A DNA stretch of 59,242 bases, filler included, from Bipalium vagum (taxonomy: Eukaryota), in assembly GCA_037834085.1 (NCBI GenBank). It is 3 parts of 3 records of this genome, joined end to end, with 100 filler letters (N's around TTAATTAATTAA, not from the genome) between each part and the next. Parts side by side here need not be neighbours in the genome. Positions count along the whole stretch, not along the records: positions 16,695 to 38,287 come from JBBMKC010234932.1; positions 38,388 to 59,242 come from JBBMKC010245242.1; 1 more part is not named here. The stretch is one strand, 5' to 3'. The position numbers and the translations under genes were made by a program. A model generated the notes under the pieces. The model had not been told where the DNA came from. It did not search any database and worked only from the letters and a program-made list of their open reading frames with translations. Positions 25,148 through 38,673 of this stretch are shown here, piece after piece; positions within the stretch are counted from its first letter, which is position 1, and every line of letters starts with the position of its first letter.

Positions 25148-28100
25148 TTAATATGACCATTTTACAGAAAATCGTCTTAAAATTTTGTTCATATTGTGGA
25201 GACTAACAAAATAAATATAAATAAACAATAGTACCATCCTTTTTATTAGGTGCCTTTTGTGAATAAACAATATTATACATATATTTGGTGATTTTTATAT
25301 TTTTTGTACATTTCATGTTAAATTGTCCAGGATAAAATATCTGTAAATTAGAAATATTTTCATCAAAATTAATATTTGTACATTAAGTATGAATATTTCA
25401 ATTATTTGTATTATTAGTATTGTAGACTGTAGTAGAGAGGATTTTTATTTTTATTTTACCAACATTGTTGAATATAAATATAAACTTTATCCAGGATAAT
25501 ATATCACAATTTGTATCATTGGTTAAAAATTTAAATTCCATTGAACGTGGTTATTTTAGTTATCTTAATATCGAACAAGTAATTATTAACCTTCAAAAGA
25601 CCTATTTTATAATGTGATTTTGGCTCCACACTTTTTAGGATTCTAACAATATTATTTCACAAAGTTTATTGCTAAAGAATCACTTGAAAGTTTGCTCAAT
25701 ATTGAAATAAATCACTAAAACAGATAAATTTTAATATAAATTTTATGAAATATTTTTTGTTTCATCGATGTTTGAGTAAAGTGCAATAGTATTCTTATTA
25801 ATAATATTAAGCCTCAAGGACTTGGTTTAAAATTTTTAAATGAGCTTCTAAAATATTCGACTGCCGACAAATGTTCATTAGTAGTTGTCTAAAAGAAGAC
25901 TAAAGTATATATGATTTCGTAGATTAAACAAGTTTGGATTAGTAAGTTTATCTTATTTCATGCAACATTAGAAATGAAATGGAAGTTTTTAAAGTTTCAC
26001 GTGTCCCCAAAAACGTCAAAAATTATTAACTGAAAAAATTTATAATTCAAGATATGGTAGATAACTATTAATATAAGAAATAGAAATTGGTTTATATAAA
26101 TTCCCATGTTGCATAAATTTGAAATTACAATAGTTCCAGTTAATTAATATTTGTAGTTAATAATTGCAAGATCCATATCGATTACAATATTTTTATTTCA
26201 ATTGAGTATGAAATGAAAAATGTTCATTGTTCAGAAATGATTTAAGATAAAAGACGGGGTTTTCAATTCTTTCATTCACCCGAATGATAATTCCAGAAGG
26301 ATCAACAGCACAGTTAAGTTATTGAAATAAATATTTTTAAAATGTTCGTTTACATTCTTATTTTGTCATCTCTTTTATATATTTTTTTTATTTACGAATA
26401 AGATGTCCCTAAAATTGCAGAAGAAACTTTTTACATATTTTATCAGCTTAACATTCCAAAATTGCTAATTTATGAATACAAAAAATGCACCTCAAATTGA
26501 ATGAATATAAAAATGCATATATATGTATTCAATTCAGATGCAAAGAACTTCGGCAGAAATAATAACTTATAGAAAATCAGATTACTTACACAAATACACG
26601 TATTTAAAATTAATTTAAATTTGTAAACATAAAGAAATACTTTTATATGGTTTTGTCAATTTATTTTAATAAAACTTTTTACAATGATTATTAAATTTCA
26701 TTATTGATTTGAAAATTATTTTGACCAACTAGTTCATTTTGTAAGATAAATAGAAACAATATTTGTATAAGTAAGTCTTAAGTTCTATTCTTTTGAAACG
26801 ATTGTATGTATGGACGCACTAAAAAGGAAAGCAAAGAGAGAATCAAACCAATGAAAATAACCATTAATCAATTAGCTTTCATAATCAACTAATATAATCA
26901 TCTAAATAAAAAATCAACAGTTGCTATTTCATTTAAAATATCAATTTAATGCGAAACATCTTTCATCAATCAGCGATTCAAAATCAGTTATCATTATCGA
27001 TGCCAATTTCATTTTAAAAATCATTCAATTCAAAATCAATTATAATCATGTAATCATAAAATCAAACATCCTTAAAGTTGACAATCTGAATAATAAAATA
27101 AAATTACCAAAAGAGTTTAAAATAAAATAAATTTTTAAAAAAGACGACCCCAATAATAAAAAATATTGAAAATACGTTTCCCACATATTTGACCCACATA
27201 TAAAACTATTATCGAAAATCTTAAATTGAATTCAAATCGTTATGATTGAAAACTAATTTGCTTATAGATTCTAAAAAAATCATAGGAAAACCTCTCACTT
27301 AAAGAAGTTTTGTCATAAACTTAATAATTAGTAATCCAATATATATCAAATTATATTCCATTAAAATAAACTTCACAATCTTCATTTTTCATTTTTAAGA
27401 TTTTACTGATCAGTGATCACAAAACAGCTGTTATTGTTACAAAATATAAATTTTTAAAAATATTTTGTGAAGGGTTTTCATATAAATTTTAAATAAATAA
27501 AGATTTTTATTTTTTTTATTATTTTAATAAAAGCAACTAGAGCGACAGGAACACTACCTAAAATCAATATAAAACCCGTGAAATATCGAATAATTTACAT
27601 TCTTAAATTCAAAAATTTTGCTTATTTTAATGTTAAAAATATAATATCTAATAATAAAAATTCATATGGTAAGTGTTCATATCAAATAATTTTAAAACAA
27701 AATTTAGGAATGTTTAATTAAAGTGATTTCGGGAATATTAATGAAGTCAGTTAAATAATTAATATAAAAGAAACTTCGCATCTCTTTTCATATTCATAAA
27801 GTTTTGAAATCATAGATATTCCTTTATTTACAGCAAAAAATATATTGATCGCTTTAGATTCACAAAGATATCAAGATTATTGATTTTTGTGATTTTCTAA
27901 CATGAAATGTACAAATTGTTTTGTTTCATAGTGAACGAACTTATTTGAATATAAATTGTTCTGCATCAGATATATAATATATGTAATTTCACAAACCCGT
28001 GGGATACTTTTTATGTTCAATAATAATAACTGAGAAATCAAATTATTTAAGGCAAACATGTAGTAATTATAAGTGCAAAGTTTCCTAAACTTTCATAGTT

Positions 28101-28216
28101 TTTTTTATTTTTCTATCTTGTTTACATTCTTACTATACGGAAAATGAATACAAAAGAAACTTGAAGAATCCGAATAAAGAAAATTGAAGTAATATTTCAG
28201 AAAGATTATTATACTA

Positions 28217-28849
28217 TTGTGTTGGTGCAAATGAAATTGCCGTTTTCGACATATAATTTTAAAACGATACGACATACACGTAACAAAATTTTATCAATTA
28301 ATATAACAATCATTCGATCCGTAAAATTTTTGTTTGTCTGTCAATTCATGTGATTCCAATTAATCAATTTTTTACACCTTACCTATTTCTTTTAAATAGC
28401 GCACGACTTTTGTATGATTAGCATGTAGATCTGCAAGTTCACGCACGGTTTTCTGTGGGTCAGCTTCGATTGTAGCTTTCTGTTGATAGTTATCCGGTAC
28501 TATTGGCCGAGTTACGTGCTTCTCATCTAACATACTTTCATCTTCGCTATAGAATATAGAAAACAACCATAGAACTGTTCTTTCATTAGTTGTACTTGTG
28601 CCAAAAGCAGCATCAATTTTAGAAGCTGTCTCGCCTACTCTAAGGCCGTTTTTAAATTCGTATGATAATATTTTGATTTTTCATCTTGAAAAAGTAATTT
28701 AAACTAAATTTAAAACCATTACCATATTGAACAAAATATAAGCTTCAAATTGATATAATGATTAATATTTATAAATTAATACATTTACAACAATGGTGAG
28801 GCATAATTAAAATGGCAATTTCTTTAAACAAACTTTCCGGATCACCCAA
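28217..28849 (-). mobile_element. Internally deleted mariner
   Basis: TA-TTGTGTTGGTGCAAATGAAATTGCCG TIR. Minus-strand YEFKNGLRVGETASKIDAAFG...EADPQKTVRELA...YLKEIGKV. Other end ...CACCCAA-TA. Confidence 0.85.
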
Positions 28850-28997
28850 TACATTAAGATTGTAAATAATTCAAATAACTTATTTGAAGATTATTCAATA
28901 TTATTTTGTATTTAAAAGCCTATATATTGCTCTCCTAAAAGTTAATACTTACTCTAATATCTACTTTGCTTTTAAATTAAAATTTTAATTTAGGATA

Positions 28998-29540
28998 TCA
29001 TGTCACGATTTACTCAAAATTTATTTTATTAGTTTCGACTCGGTACAAAAGCAGTTGAAACTGTTCGAAATGTTAATGAAGTTTGGGACCGTGGTTATCT
29101 AAATTAGTCAACAGTACGGCGTTGGTACCAGAGGTTCCGTAATTGAGATATATTTCTTGAAAATGTGCAACGAATTGGCCGTCCTTCTAAATTTGATGAC
29201 AAGGATTTAAAGGCTCTAATGAAAGAATATACGCGAACAACAATAAGAAAACTTGCCAAAATTCTAGATGTCAGTACTGGAACCGTTTCCAGTCATATGA
29301 AAAAATAGATAAGACAAAGAAGCTGAACACGTGTGTGCCACATGAGCTAATCATAAAAAATGAAGCGCTATGAGATATGTTCAGAAATCATTTTGAGAAT
29401 GAAAAAAGAGCTATTTCTTCATCGATTGATTACTTGTGATTGAAAATGGTGACTATATAACAATATTAAACGTTCAGTACAATTGTTAGACACCTGTGAA
29501 TGTTTCAAGTCCTTCCCAAAACTGAGTCAACAAGAAAAAA
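28998..29540 (+). mobile_element. Mariner N-terminal half
   Basis: FRLGTKAVETVRNVNEVW, TVRRWYQRFR, IGRPSKFDD, CVPHEL, LITCD*KW. Confidence 0.88.
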
Positions 29541-29719
29541 AAGTTTTCAAAATTTGAATATATTAGATATTTTTATTATAATATTCCCTTCGTGGTTTAA
29601 ATTATTTAAATTTTTCATAATTATTTTTCTACATTTTATAGAAAATCTTTAGAATGTTTTGACTTAATACTGACAGCTTATTCAGATGCCACCAATATTT
29701 CTCCAAGATACCCCACAAA

Positions 29720-29940
29720 CCACAATTTTCTGCTAGTGGTGGCTAACAGGATTTTTGAAATGACATGCACTTTATTAGATAAAAACTAAAGGAAAACTTT
29801 CATCAGTAGATGAAAAGACTGCTAAAATATTTTCAGCTGAATTAACAGAAATAATTGAAGATGGAAAGTATCATTTAGACCAAATTATTAATGCCGAATT
29901 TTAACACGGTTTTCATTGGAAGGTATTTACCATGTAAAGT
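29720..29940 (+). mobile_element. Tigger/pogo transposase fragment
   Basis: FSASG.WL and DEKTAKIFSAELTEIIEDGKYHLDQIINAE (Y.P.QIFNADE motif). Confidence 0.7.
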
Positions 29941-29969
29941 GAGTTATATACTTTTGCTTTCAAAAACCA

Positions 29970-30130
29970 TTAACTCGGATCCTATTACGTCATTATTGAA
30001 AAAGGTCTATCAGCTGCAGCTGGGACTCAAGAAAACTGCGACGTGGAAGGCAGGGATGTGCTCAAGGAAGATACGGCTCACTGTTGGTTTCGTCGTTTAA
30101 TAATGGAGATACTGGTCTTGAATGATGAAA
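29970..30130 (+). mobile_element. Mariner HTH fragment, same family as 21571-22085
   Basis: Shares CGGATCCTATTACGTCATTATTG...GTCTATCAGCTGCA...GGAAGGCA..ATGTGCTCAAGGAA with ~21775-21880. Confidence 0.85.
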
Positions 30131-30719
30131 AATTGTCATATTGAATATTTTTGTTACTCAGAATTTCCACTTTCATTTATTCCAATTTTGATATCTCTCC
30201 ATAATCACTTTTTTTGTAAATAAGCTCACTCCCTTTATTAGAACTTTAAGAAAACTTCTTATTGTTGATTATTGTATTTGTGTGATGAATATCATTTATG
30301 AATCACGACTATTATTTATTAAGATTAGAATTATAAAATTATGCTTAAAGCCAACAAGAAAGTCGTCCTCGTCAGCAAAAGAAATATAGTTCCATTTTTC
30401 CAACAAATAAAGGAAATTTCGATAATGATAATAAAATGTCCCAAACAGAAGAAAAAGTAAAGTTCCATTTGTGTTCCATATTAATTGGGAAAGGTCAAGA
30501 AATTAAATAATTTTAATTATAAAAATATGCTCATGAAAATGCCCAAAATAATTATTTAATAATATTTTATATTTAAAATATATTTAGATGACGCAGAGTA
30601 TGTCCTTTATGAGTTTAAAAGAACTTTGCCATCTTATATTTCAATAGTCAGGTAAAATTAATTTATCAACAATCAGCATTTTCACAAGAATTTTTCACAA
30701 GCATTGCTAATAACATATG

Positions 30720-31760
30720 TGATCTCCTTTTTGGATGCGCATTCACATTAATCCTTTTCAACATCAATTCAATTAAACACGAAAATTAAGTTAATTGAGT
30801 TAATACATTTCATTGTTCATTGAAGCGCTGACAAAGTTGTAATAGGGTTTCTGGTGGATAGTCTTATGTGGAGACACTCGCCTGCTCAGGATGTCCTATG
30901 GGTTCAAATCTGAAGATCTTGGCGACCATGGAAGTATTACAATACCAACTCTTTCCAGAAAAAATTTCGAGATGATTGCGATATGTGGCCTTGTATTATC
31001 GTGCATAAACATTAGACCTGGATTTTCGTGCAACAAGTAAAAAATCTCAACATCTAAATTCTATTAACGTATCACTGAGCATTCGGAATGTCATTAATAA
31101 AAATGAATCTAGATCGGAAACCATAACCGATAGCGCCCCATACCATAACAGTCATGCTGTGTAATGTACTGTTCATCAAACCCTTCAGAAATCTTTCCAT
31201 AAACTGGAACTCTTCCATCATAAAAGTCTAGGTTAAAACGTGACTCATCTGAAAACACAATATCCGTCCAATACACCATTCCTTCATTTATGCGTTTTTG
31301 GACCATTGAAACCGACAATATCTATGGACGGCGACAGAGGAGTTCTCAACAATAGTCATTCAGATTGGAAGCCAAATTGTAGAGCACGCCTGTTAAACGA
31401 TTCTGCAGATAATGGAACTGGGAAATTTGCTGCTACATAATTTTTGTTTGATTTTTATCTTATTTAATTTATAATAATTACCTAACAACCCGTATGGGAT
31501 AAAGCGATTGCTCATTATCATTCTGACTAACATGTGATCATCTCTATCAATTTCTTCCAAATATAATGGACATCAACCTGCGACAAACTAGCTTCTAATA
31601 ATCTAACAATACGATTTCTCTCAAATTGGCATGTTTCATTTCTGGGGGTCATTGTAAATTTTTAAGTTAATTATAATGATGAATTAAAACATGAAATATA
31701 TATTTCATATAAAATAGTTAATTATTCTAAAATAAATTACTTTTAATTCATGTGCTTAAC
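30720..31760 (-). mobile_element. Decayed Tc1 (DD34E-type) transposon
   Basis: Minus-strand WTDIVFSDESRFNL, FMHDNTRPH, PWSPRSSDLNP. Confidence 0.85.
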
Positions 31761-32199
31761 AAAATTTATATGAACTCATCACGTTTTCTTTAATAAATTT
31801 CACCTGCCTAATACTTTTGACGATAAGTATAATATAAAATATTAAATATTTTTTTGAACATTTGTTACTAGTACGCAACATCAAATTCAGTATGGCAAAT
31901 GTATTTCCACCAATTTTAGAAATATATGTTAGAATGTATATATTATCAAACATATTAAATGTCATCTCAATCATATATTCGTCATTATTATTAACTATAG
32001 CCTACGACTAGCTCAACAGAAAGTATTCCTTTTTCAAAAAACCAGGTGCAATAAATGATTAGATCTCCTCTTTGATCTCATCTTCATTCAAAAATCTTTT
32101 CCCTGACATGAAGTGCTGCAAGGACCCATTATTTCCAATGAAGAATGAGATCTGAGAAAACATTGTTTAAAAAAACCCTCCTCTGTAGAGTAAAGCTCG

Positions 32200-32800
32200 G
32201 CGTAAAGGTTCTCATGTAATTTTTCCAAATGATCATAGTATTTTTTGGAATCAATTAGAAAATTTTAGAAAGCCATTGGTTTTTTCTTCTTAAAACTTTT
32301 CGTTTAAGAAACTGACCAATTCTCTTCAGAATGAATTGTGACAAAGAGAAAATCAAACTTTTTATTCTTTGTGATCAATTCAAGAAATACCTAATCATCG
32401 GTTTTATATAACTTTCCAATCGTATGTTAGTGATTCTTAATTATTGCTACACTGCAGTCGAGTATATTCGCCATATCCTCAACCGTTAATCACAGATCGA
32501 CTTTTACTATATCTACCAATGATAGACGATCACTTCTTTCATTATTCAGGTCAAAAACTATTTCTGCACTTGGCAAATATAAATGGTTTCTTTATGAATA
32601 TCATTAATATTATCGGCAGACAGTTTGGTTGTATCTTTATGAAGTTTTCGTAAAGAATCCATTTACCCATGCAATTTCTAACCAAACAAACAACAAATTG
32701 ATTATCAACGTGTTCTCATAATATTATTATTTTGCATTTCAAAAAACGTTTTGACCATTTTAACCGAGTTTTTCATAATTTTTTTCGAAAGCATTTTAAA
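32200..32800 (-). mobile_element. Highly decayed mariner
   Basis: Minus-strand GKWILYEN (DEKWILYDN) and a downstream SL.NSF-like motif. Confidence 0.5.
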
Positions 32801-35800
32801 GGAAATTATTGTAAGTCGATAATTTTCTTTGGAAATATTTTTGGCGGAAAAAACACAATTAATTATAAGCCCTCTAAAGAGCCTGAAATAATATAATAAC
32901 TTCAAAATTAATATTTAAATTATAATAATACAATTATAATTAAACGTACAAAGATTAATAATAGTAATATTTTTTCAATCTTTGATGGTCTAATCTTTAG
33001 TAATTTTTAATTAGGGTCCTCTGTTATGGACCGATTTAATAATAAGTACCTCTAAAGGGAATTGATATTCCTAATAAAGAATACTGATCCACGACTAAGT
33101 AATCGTCTGATCAACAAATAAGACATTGATGTCCTCAATGGACTACCAACAATTTAGAAATTTGTTAGAATTTTTATTGACAGAAGCTTTTTATAAAACA
33201 TATTTAAGGTCGGAAGAACTTTTATTGTCAGAAAAATATATACCAGGTTTTATTTTCCTTTACGCCTATTATTATCATTATGAGACAGGAGCCAACGATG
33301 GGTTCTGCGCTGTTAGAGGTCATTTAATGATCCTAGCACCCATCATCACCTGAAGCGATGAGTGTTTAGTACATTGTTTATTTTTCTTTTCTTTTACTTT
33401 ACAAATTTTTGATGCAATCCACAAGTCTCACAAATCTCACAAGCCTCAATCTAAACCTAACAGAGTCTAATGAAAAGGAGCAGGCATCAACAACAAAGAC
33501 TCAGACAAGGACAAGTAATCCCGATTCAGCAATTTAATATTTCCTTTATATTATATGGTGATCTTAACTTTTTTATATCATGAGTTTATTTTGAACCAGA
33601 ATTTGATTGTTTTTATATAAATAATAAATTCTTTTTTTTGTTCTGTTAAAATAAAATAAACAGGTTATTCTTGTAAAAATAAACAAACATGTTGCAAAAA
33701 TACAAACAGCACTTAAGTGCTGAAAATTTGAAATAGAACAGAATCAGGTTGAGCTGTTAAAATAAAACAAATAGTACTCAAGAGCTGAAAAATGAAAATT
33801 AGAAAAAAACAATAATATTAAAATTATTTAAAATTAAAACAAAATGTTATAAAAATAAATAAAATTGTCAAAAATAAATATTTTATAAACATTTACTATA
33901 ATTAAGAAGTATCGTTCACTTATAGTAAGTATTGTAAAAAAAATAGAAAAATTAGTAAATTTAAATAACGTTATATTGTGAATGTTTTGATTCAATTATT
34001 TTCTAAAGCACTATTGACATAAGTGAAAGGGTCAGTAAAATAACCAGCAAAGTGTTAAGAAGCTTCATATAGTAGCATAAAGCCTAACATGTATGATTTT
34101 ATAAGTAGAATTATCAATAAAAGCTTAATTAACAAGCTGGTGTTGAAATTTTGGTTTCAGAATCAATGTTCGATTTCTAAAAAAAAAATGTATTTATATT
34201 TAGTTTTCTTTTTTCACTTTATTGACTTTTTATAAAAAAAGATTTGGAAACTAGGCTATTACATGTATTGGAACAAAGCACAAGATAAAATATAAGTGAC
34301 AGACCAGAGACTACAAACCGGACTGCTCTAATCGAGGTTGCATCTGAACACTCAAGACTTATCGTCCTTCTGGAAATGGATTATTCGATACTCGGCTTCC
34401 AACCGTTTGGATGAAAAGCACAATCCAATATTATCATATAATATTTTCAACCAAAAATGGGTTGCAAGACCAACCATTTATTAAGGAATCCTACAACTCT
34501 AAGCTGTTCTATGCATTTTCAATTTTGATTTGATCACTTCATTTAAAAAGCCCTAGGGTCAATTTCAAATTATCCTTTTTATTATTATTATCATAGATCA
34601 TATTAATGATAAAATCTTTTAAAAATGAAATATTAAATTATATCGTTGGATTTTTTATGATTTTTTTTTCTAATTTGATATTAAATATCAAATATATTGT
34701 TTACTTTATATTAAGTTACAATAAAAGTTAACGATATCAGCTGAAGACCGATCAACCAATATTGTATAAAATGTTTCAAAGTTACTGACGAAAGAATTTT
34801 AAATTGAAATTTACGTTTTAGTAAATAATAATGTACGTTTTTGTTGGAAAAATTGTGTTAATGAATATTCATTTCCGTAGAATTCCGCTCTTAAAAAAGT
34901 AAGATGAAAACAGAAAAATATAAAATAAATCTTTAAAATTTGTTTCTAATATTCAATACAATTTTTTTATTTTACAAGACTAGCTTACTGATTATCATAT
35001 GAATTTAAAAGAAAAATATAAAAATAATTGAGACAGAAACTGTAGAATAACATCTAGTGTAGTAGTAAACAATATAATTATCATTCATTTTAGAATTCTA
35101 AGATTTTCTTAAGACTTAAAGTCTTCAGGATATTAAATAACTTATAGAAGACAAATGCAATATAATTAAGCTTACTTTATTTTCATAAAAATGTCAACAC
35201 TTTCAAAAGTGATATTAAATAATTAATTCAAACAATTGCAAATACATAAAAAAATTTAAACAATAAAAATATTAATTTCTTAATTTTTAAAATTGTTAAA
35301 CTGCAATTTTTCTTATTATTTAATAATAATGAATTTTATGATTATCTAAATCAGTAATCTTTGCACTTTTTGTAATAGGATCCAGTTTAGGAGTTAAATT
35401 TTTTTCGTAACCCTTGAGGACCAAAATAAAAATAAAGTAATTGTTTGATAAAAAAATTTCTTAATATCAAAAAATTAAAAAATATTTAATAATAACAACG
35501 ATTTCGCATATTCTGGCATAAAACAACAAATCTTGGATCTATTTCGATTTTTTTGATTTGATATACTTGTCCATGATAAGGGGTTTTAAAAAATTAAATT
35601 ATCTTAAAAATGTATAATGCTTAAAATTACTAATTAGTTTATTAGAATATATCATTGTTGAGATTGTTTTTGCATTAAGAAAATTTTTGATATTTTGCCG
35701 TCTAATAATATCAATAAATAAATTTTATTAAAACTTATTTAAAATTAGACTTCTCCTGTTTAAAAATTTTTTAAATATGAATACTCTACTATAACTTTAA

Positions 35801-35861
35801 AATTTCTCGCGCCTCCCTATTGAAGAACATTGATATAAATCATAATTTGAAATAATTATTA

Positions 35862-36396
35862 TGTTGGGATCTATAGAAAAACTGGTAAAAAAAACGAGAC
35901 TGAACCAACACAAATGTCCAAGAAAAAGCTTCAAGGAAGCTCAGGAGCCGATGGAGAGTGAGGACAACACTCCGAAATTAATTATCGATATTTGAAACCT
36001 CTGAATTTGATTTAATATTTAATTTATTTAAATAAAATAATAAACTAATTGACCTTCATTTAGTTATAGAAGTAAATTCTTCTCATCACTAACTTTTTAC
36101 TATTCTCTTTTATTCTTTTTTTTACTGTTCTCTCGCTAATTTGATTCTGCTTCGCTATAGGTGACAGAACGCGCATTTTTGTTAACAGGACTTCTTCAGC
36201 TATCATAAATTCAAGAAGGTATTTTATTAATTAAATAATTTATTGATAAATATTAATTGTGAATTATATTTCTAACCTTGCATTCATTTATTTTTTATTC
36301 CTGAATTTTTTATTATTTACATTTCCTTCGAGGGAGTTGGTGAGCCCAGATATAAACCGCTTGTAACAATTTAGGTAAGCGACTTAGACCGTTACA
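35862..36396 (+). mobile_element. Candidate solo LTR (535 bp)
   Basis: Begins TGTTG, ends TTACA, flanked on both sides by ATTA (4-bp TSD candidate). Non-coding with raised GC. Confidence 0.45.
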
Positions 36397-38010
36397 ATTA
36401 CAAGTTAAAATATAAAAGTATAATTTTATTTTTTATATGTAATTTAAAATATATTCTTCTATCTTATTAATAACTAATCTAATAATTTTAATGAAAAAAT
36501 CTCAAAATTTTATCGTAAATACAAGCTGAAAAATACTTAGTCGATATAAATTAATTTTTTACACTATAAAATATTTTTAAAAAGCTTTAAAAACATATTA
36601 TAAAAAGAAATCAGCATTAACTTGTACTTCAAATTAAATATCTTTCAATATTTCATTATATATCATCGAATCGTCTTAGCCTTTATCTAAACATACAACC
36701 TTTTAATTTAAAAATTAACTCTCTGTGTATAAATATAACTAGGAAAATAAAATCAGAAATAAAATTGAACTATCATACTTCCATTATGTTAATGAAAAAA
36801 CAAAAAATAATGCTGAAAAAATGAAAAGTAATTAATTTTCTTTAATCTCCCCTTTTCTATTAACTAAAAGAAGTACCGGGACGCATTCGACAAAAAACGG
36901 CCTTCTAGTCTATTTCTCGCCAGCCATCTGGCCTCATTCATCTCATAAAAAATGCCTTTCAAAAAACCCCTAACTAGGGCATAATGAAAACGAGAGTGAT
37001 AAAAAAAAATAAATGTTTTATTTTATATTAGTCGAATATCTAACTACCATATTTTAAAAATATTATTAGGGTTATTTTATTATAATTATATATTATGATG
37101 ATTTATATATTACGATAAACATTATCTCTTCCTGTCATAGTTTTTACCATCACTGTCTTCGTGACAAGTGAAACATTTTGCTATCAACATGTTCAAAATT
37201 TGATTTCTCGTTAATAGTATCATACATCAAAAGAAAGTTCATAACCCCTTACGATAAGATTTTGTAATCATTCCATCCCTTTTGAGCAGCTGTATTCAAA
37301 TTAGTAACTTGAAAATTGTTTTATCAAGACGCACAATCATTTAAGTCTGGAAATCAATTAATTATAAATGAAAATATAAGCGAAATGAAAAAATGAATCG
37401 GTAATTTAAAGTTACTAAGCATAATTATTTCACTAAAAATTTTAAATTAATTAATTTTAATTAAAAATTAAAAATTGTGAAATTAAGTTACTAAATTTAG
37501 AAAGTATAAAAATAAAATAACACAAATACTGAAGCATTTTAGTATGAAATCTCGCAAAAAGTCTATTAAGGAATTAGAATTACAACTCAAGTGGATAATG
37601 AGAAAGGAAAGCACTAAGCAAAACAAGTCCTAATCAAAATAAATCAGAAGTTCCCAAAGTGTAATTAGAAGCAAAAAAGATGTTAGATACAGTCTACAGC
37701 CGACAACGAGCATTTCACAAAAAGAAACAGAAAATTAGTAAAATTATTGTCTTAGATTTAAATAATTTATTATAATAATTTGCGTACACACAGTTGATAA
37801 TCAAATAAAAGATAATAATAACACAATTATAAGGAGTGATTTGAACATTTCGTTTTCTCGAATATTTTAAATAACGACCTCACGTCTAAATTAAAAATTA
37901 TTAAATTTTTTTAATTTTAAGTTTTTAAAAATTATAATGTTACGGATTTTTAAAATATTTAAATTATTAAATTAATTATTTAAATTATTAGAAAGGAGAA
38001 AGGGATAAAT

Positions 38011-38287
38011 AAATTGACAAGTATATGTCGAAAGGAAACAGATACTGGATTATATATCTGAAACAGTAGTTTCTGTGAGATGAAATATAAAATTGACCTA
38101 ATTAAAGGATTGATCCATAGAGTGTGGTCATTAACATCAGATTACCAACAGATAGATAAAGAGCTGGACATAATCAAAGAAAGATTACTTAGAAACGAGT
38201 ATCCAGAAATAAAATAGAAAAGATCATTAATGATACCGTTTCAAATTTAATTACGCGAAAAAATATTGAAAAAGATCACCAAAAACT
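38011..38287 (+). mobile_element. Penelope-like retroelement RT (thumb region) fragment
   Basis: KLTSICRKETDTGLYI*NSSFCEMKYKIDLIKGLIHRVWSLTS...ELDIIKERLLRNEYP matches the PLE pattern TSVYRKPTHTG..S.....K...I..L..RA....E...I...L..NGYP. Truncated by a gap. Confidence 0.85.
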
Positions 38288-38387
38288 NNNNNNNNNNNNN
38301 NNNNNNNNNNNNNNNNNNNNNNNNNNNNNNNTTAATTAATTAANNNNNNNNNNNNNNNNNNNNNNNNNNNNNNNNNNNNNNNNNNNN
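38288..38387. other. 100-nt scaffold spacer with artificial TTAATTAATTAA linker
   Basis: 44 N + TTAATTAATTAA + 44 N. Confidence 0.97.
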
Positions 38388-38673
38388 TGAATGTATAATA
38401 TAATTTTTATTCGAATAAAAACTAAGAGTAGTTATTTCTTTATTTAAGTAGTCTCGTTATTTTTTTGTTATTTTTTGTTATTTATTTGTGTCACACCATG
38501 TATATTTTTACATCATATCTCATGACAGCATAACCATTTGTATTAATTGGAAATGAAGGAGTTGGTTGAATATCTAGTTTTTTTTTTCATTAAACTTCTT
38601 AAATCTTTCATCAATATTGAATTCTGGGTCGGCATTATTATAAATAAATTTGCATAAACCAAATACTCATATA

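Noticed and set aside
33640-33800. Repeated GCTGAAAA / CTGTTAAAATAAAA motifs resembling a spaced array
   Set aside because: Short, irregular and degenerate. Not CRISPR-like, and likely subterminal repeats of a DNA transposon.
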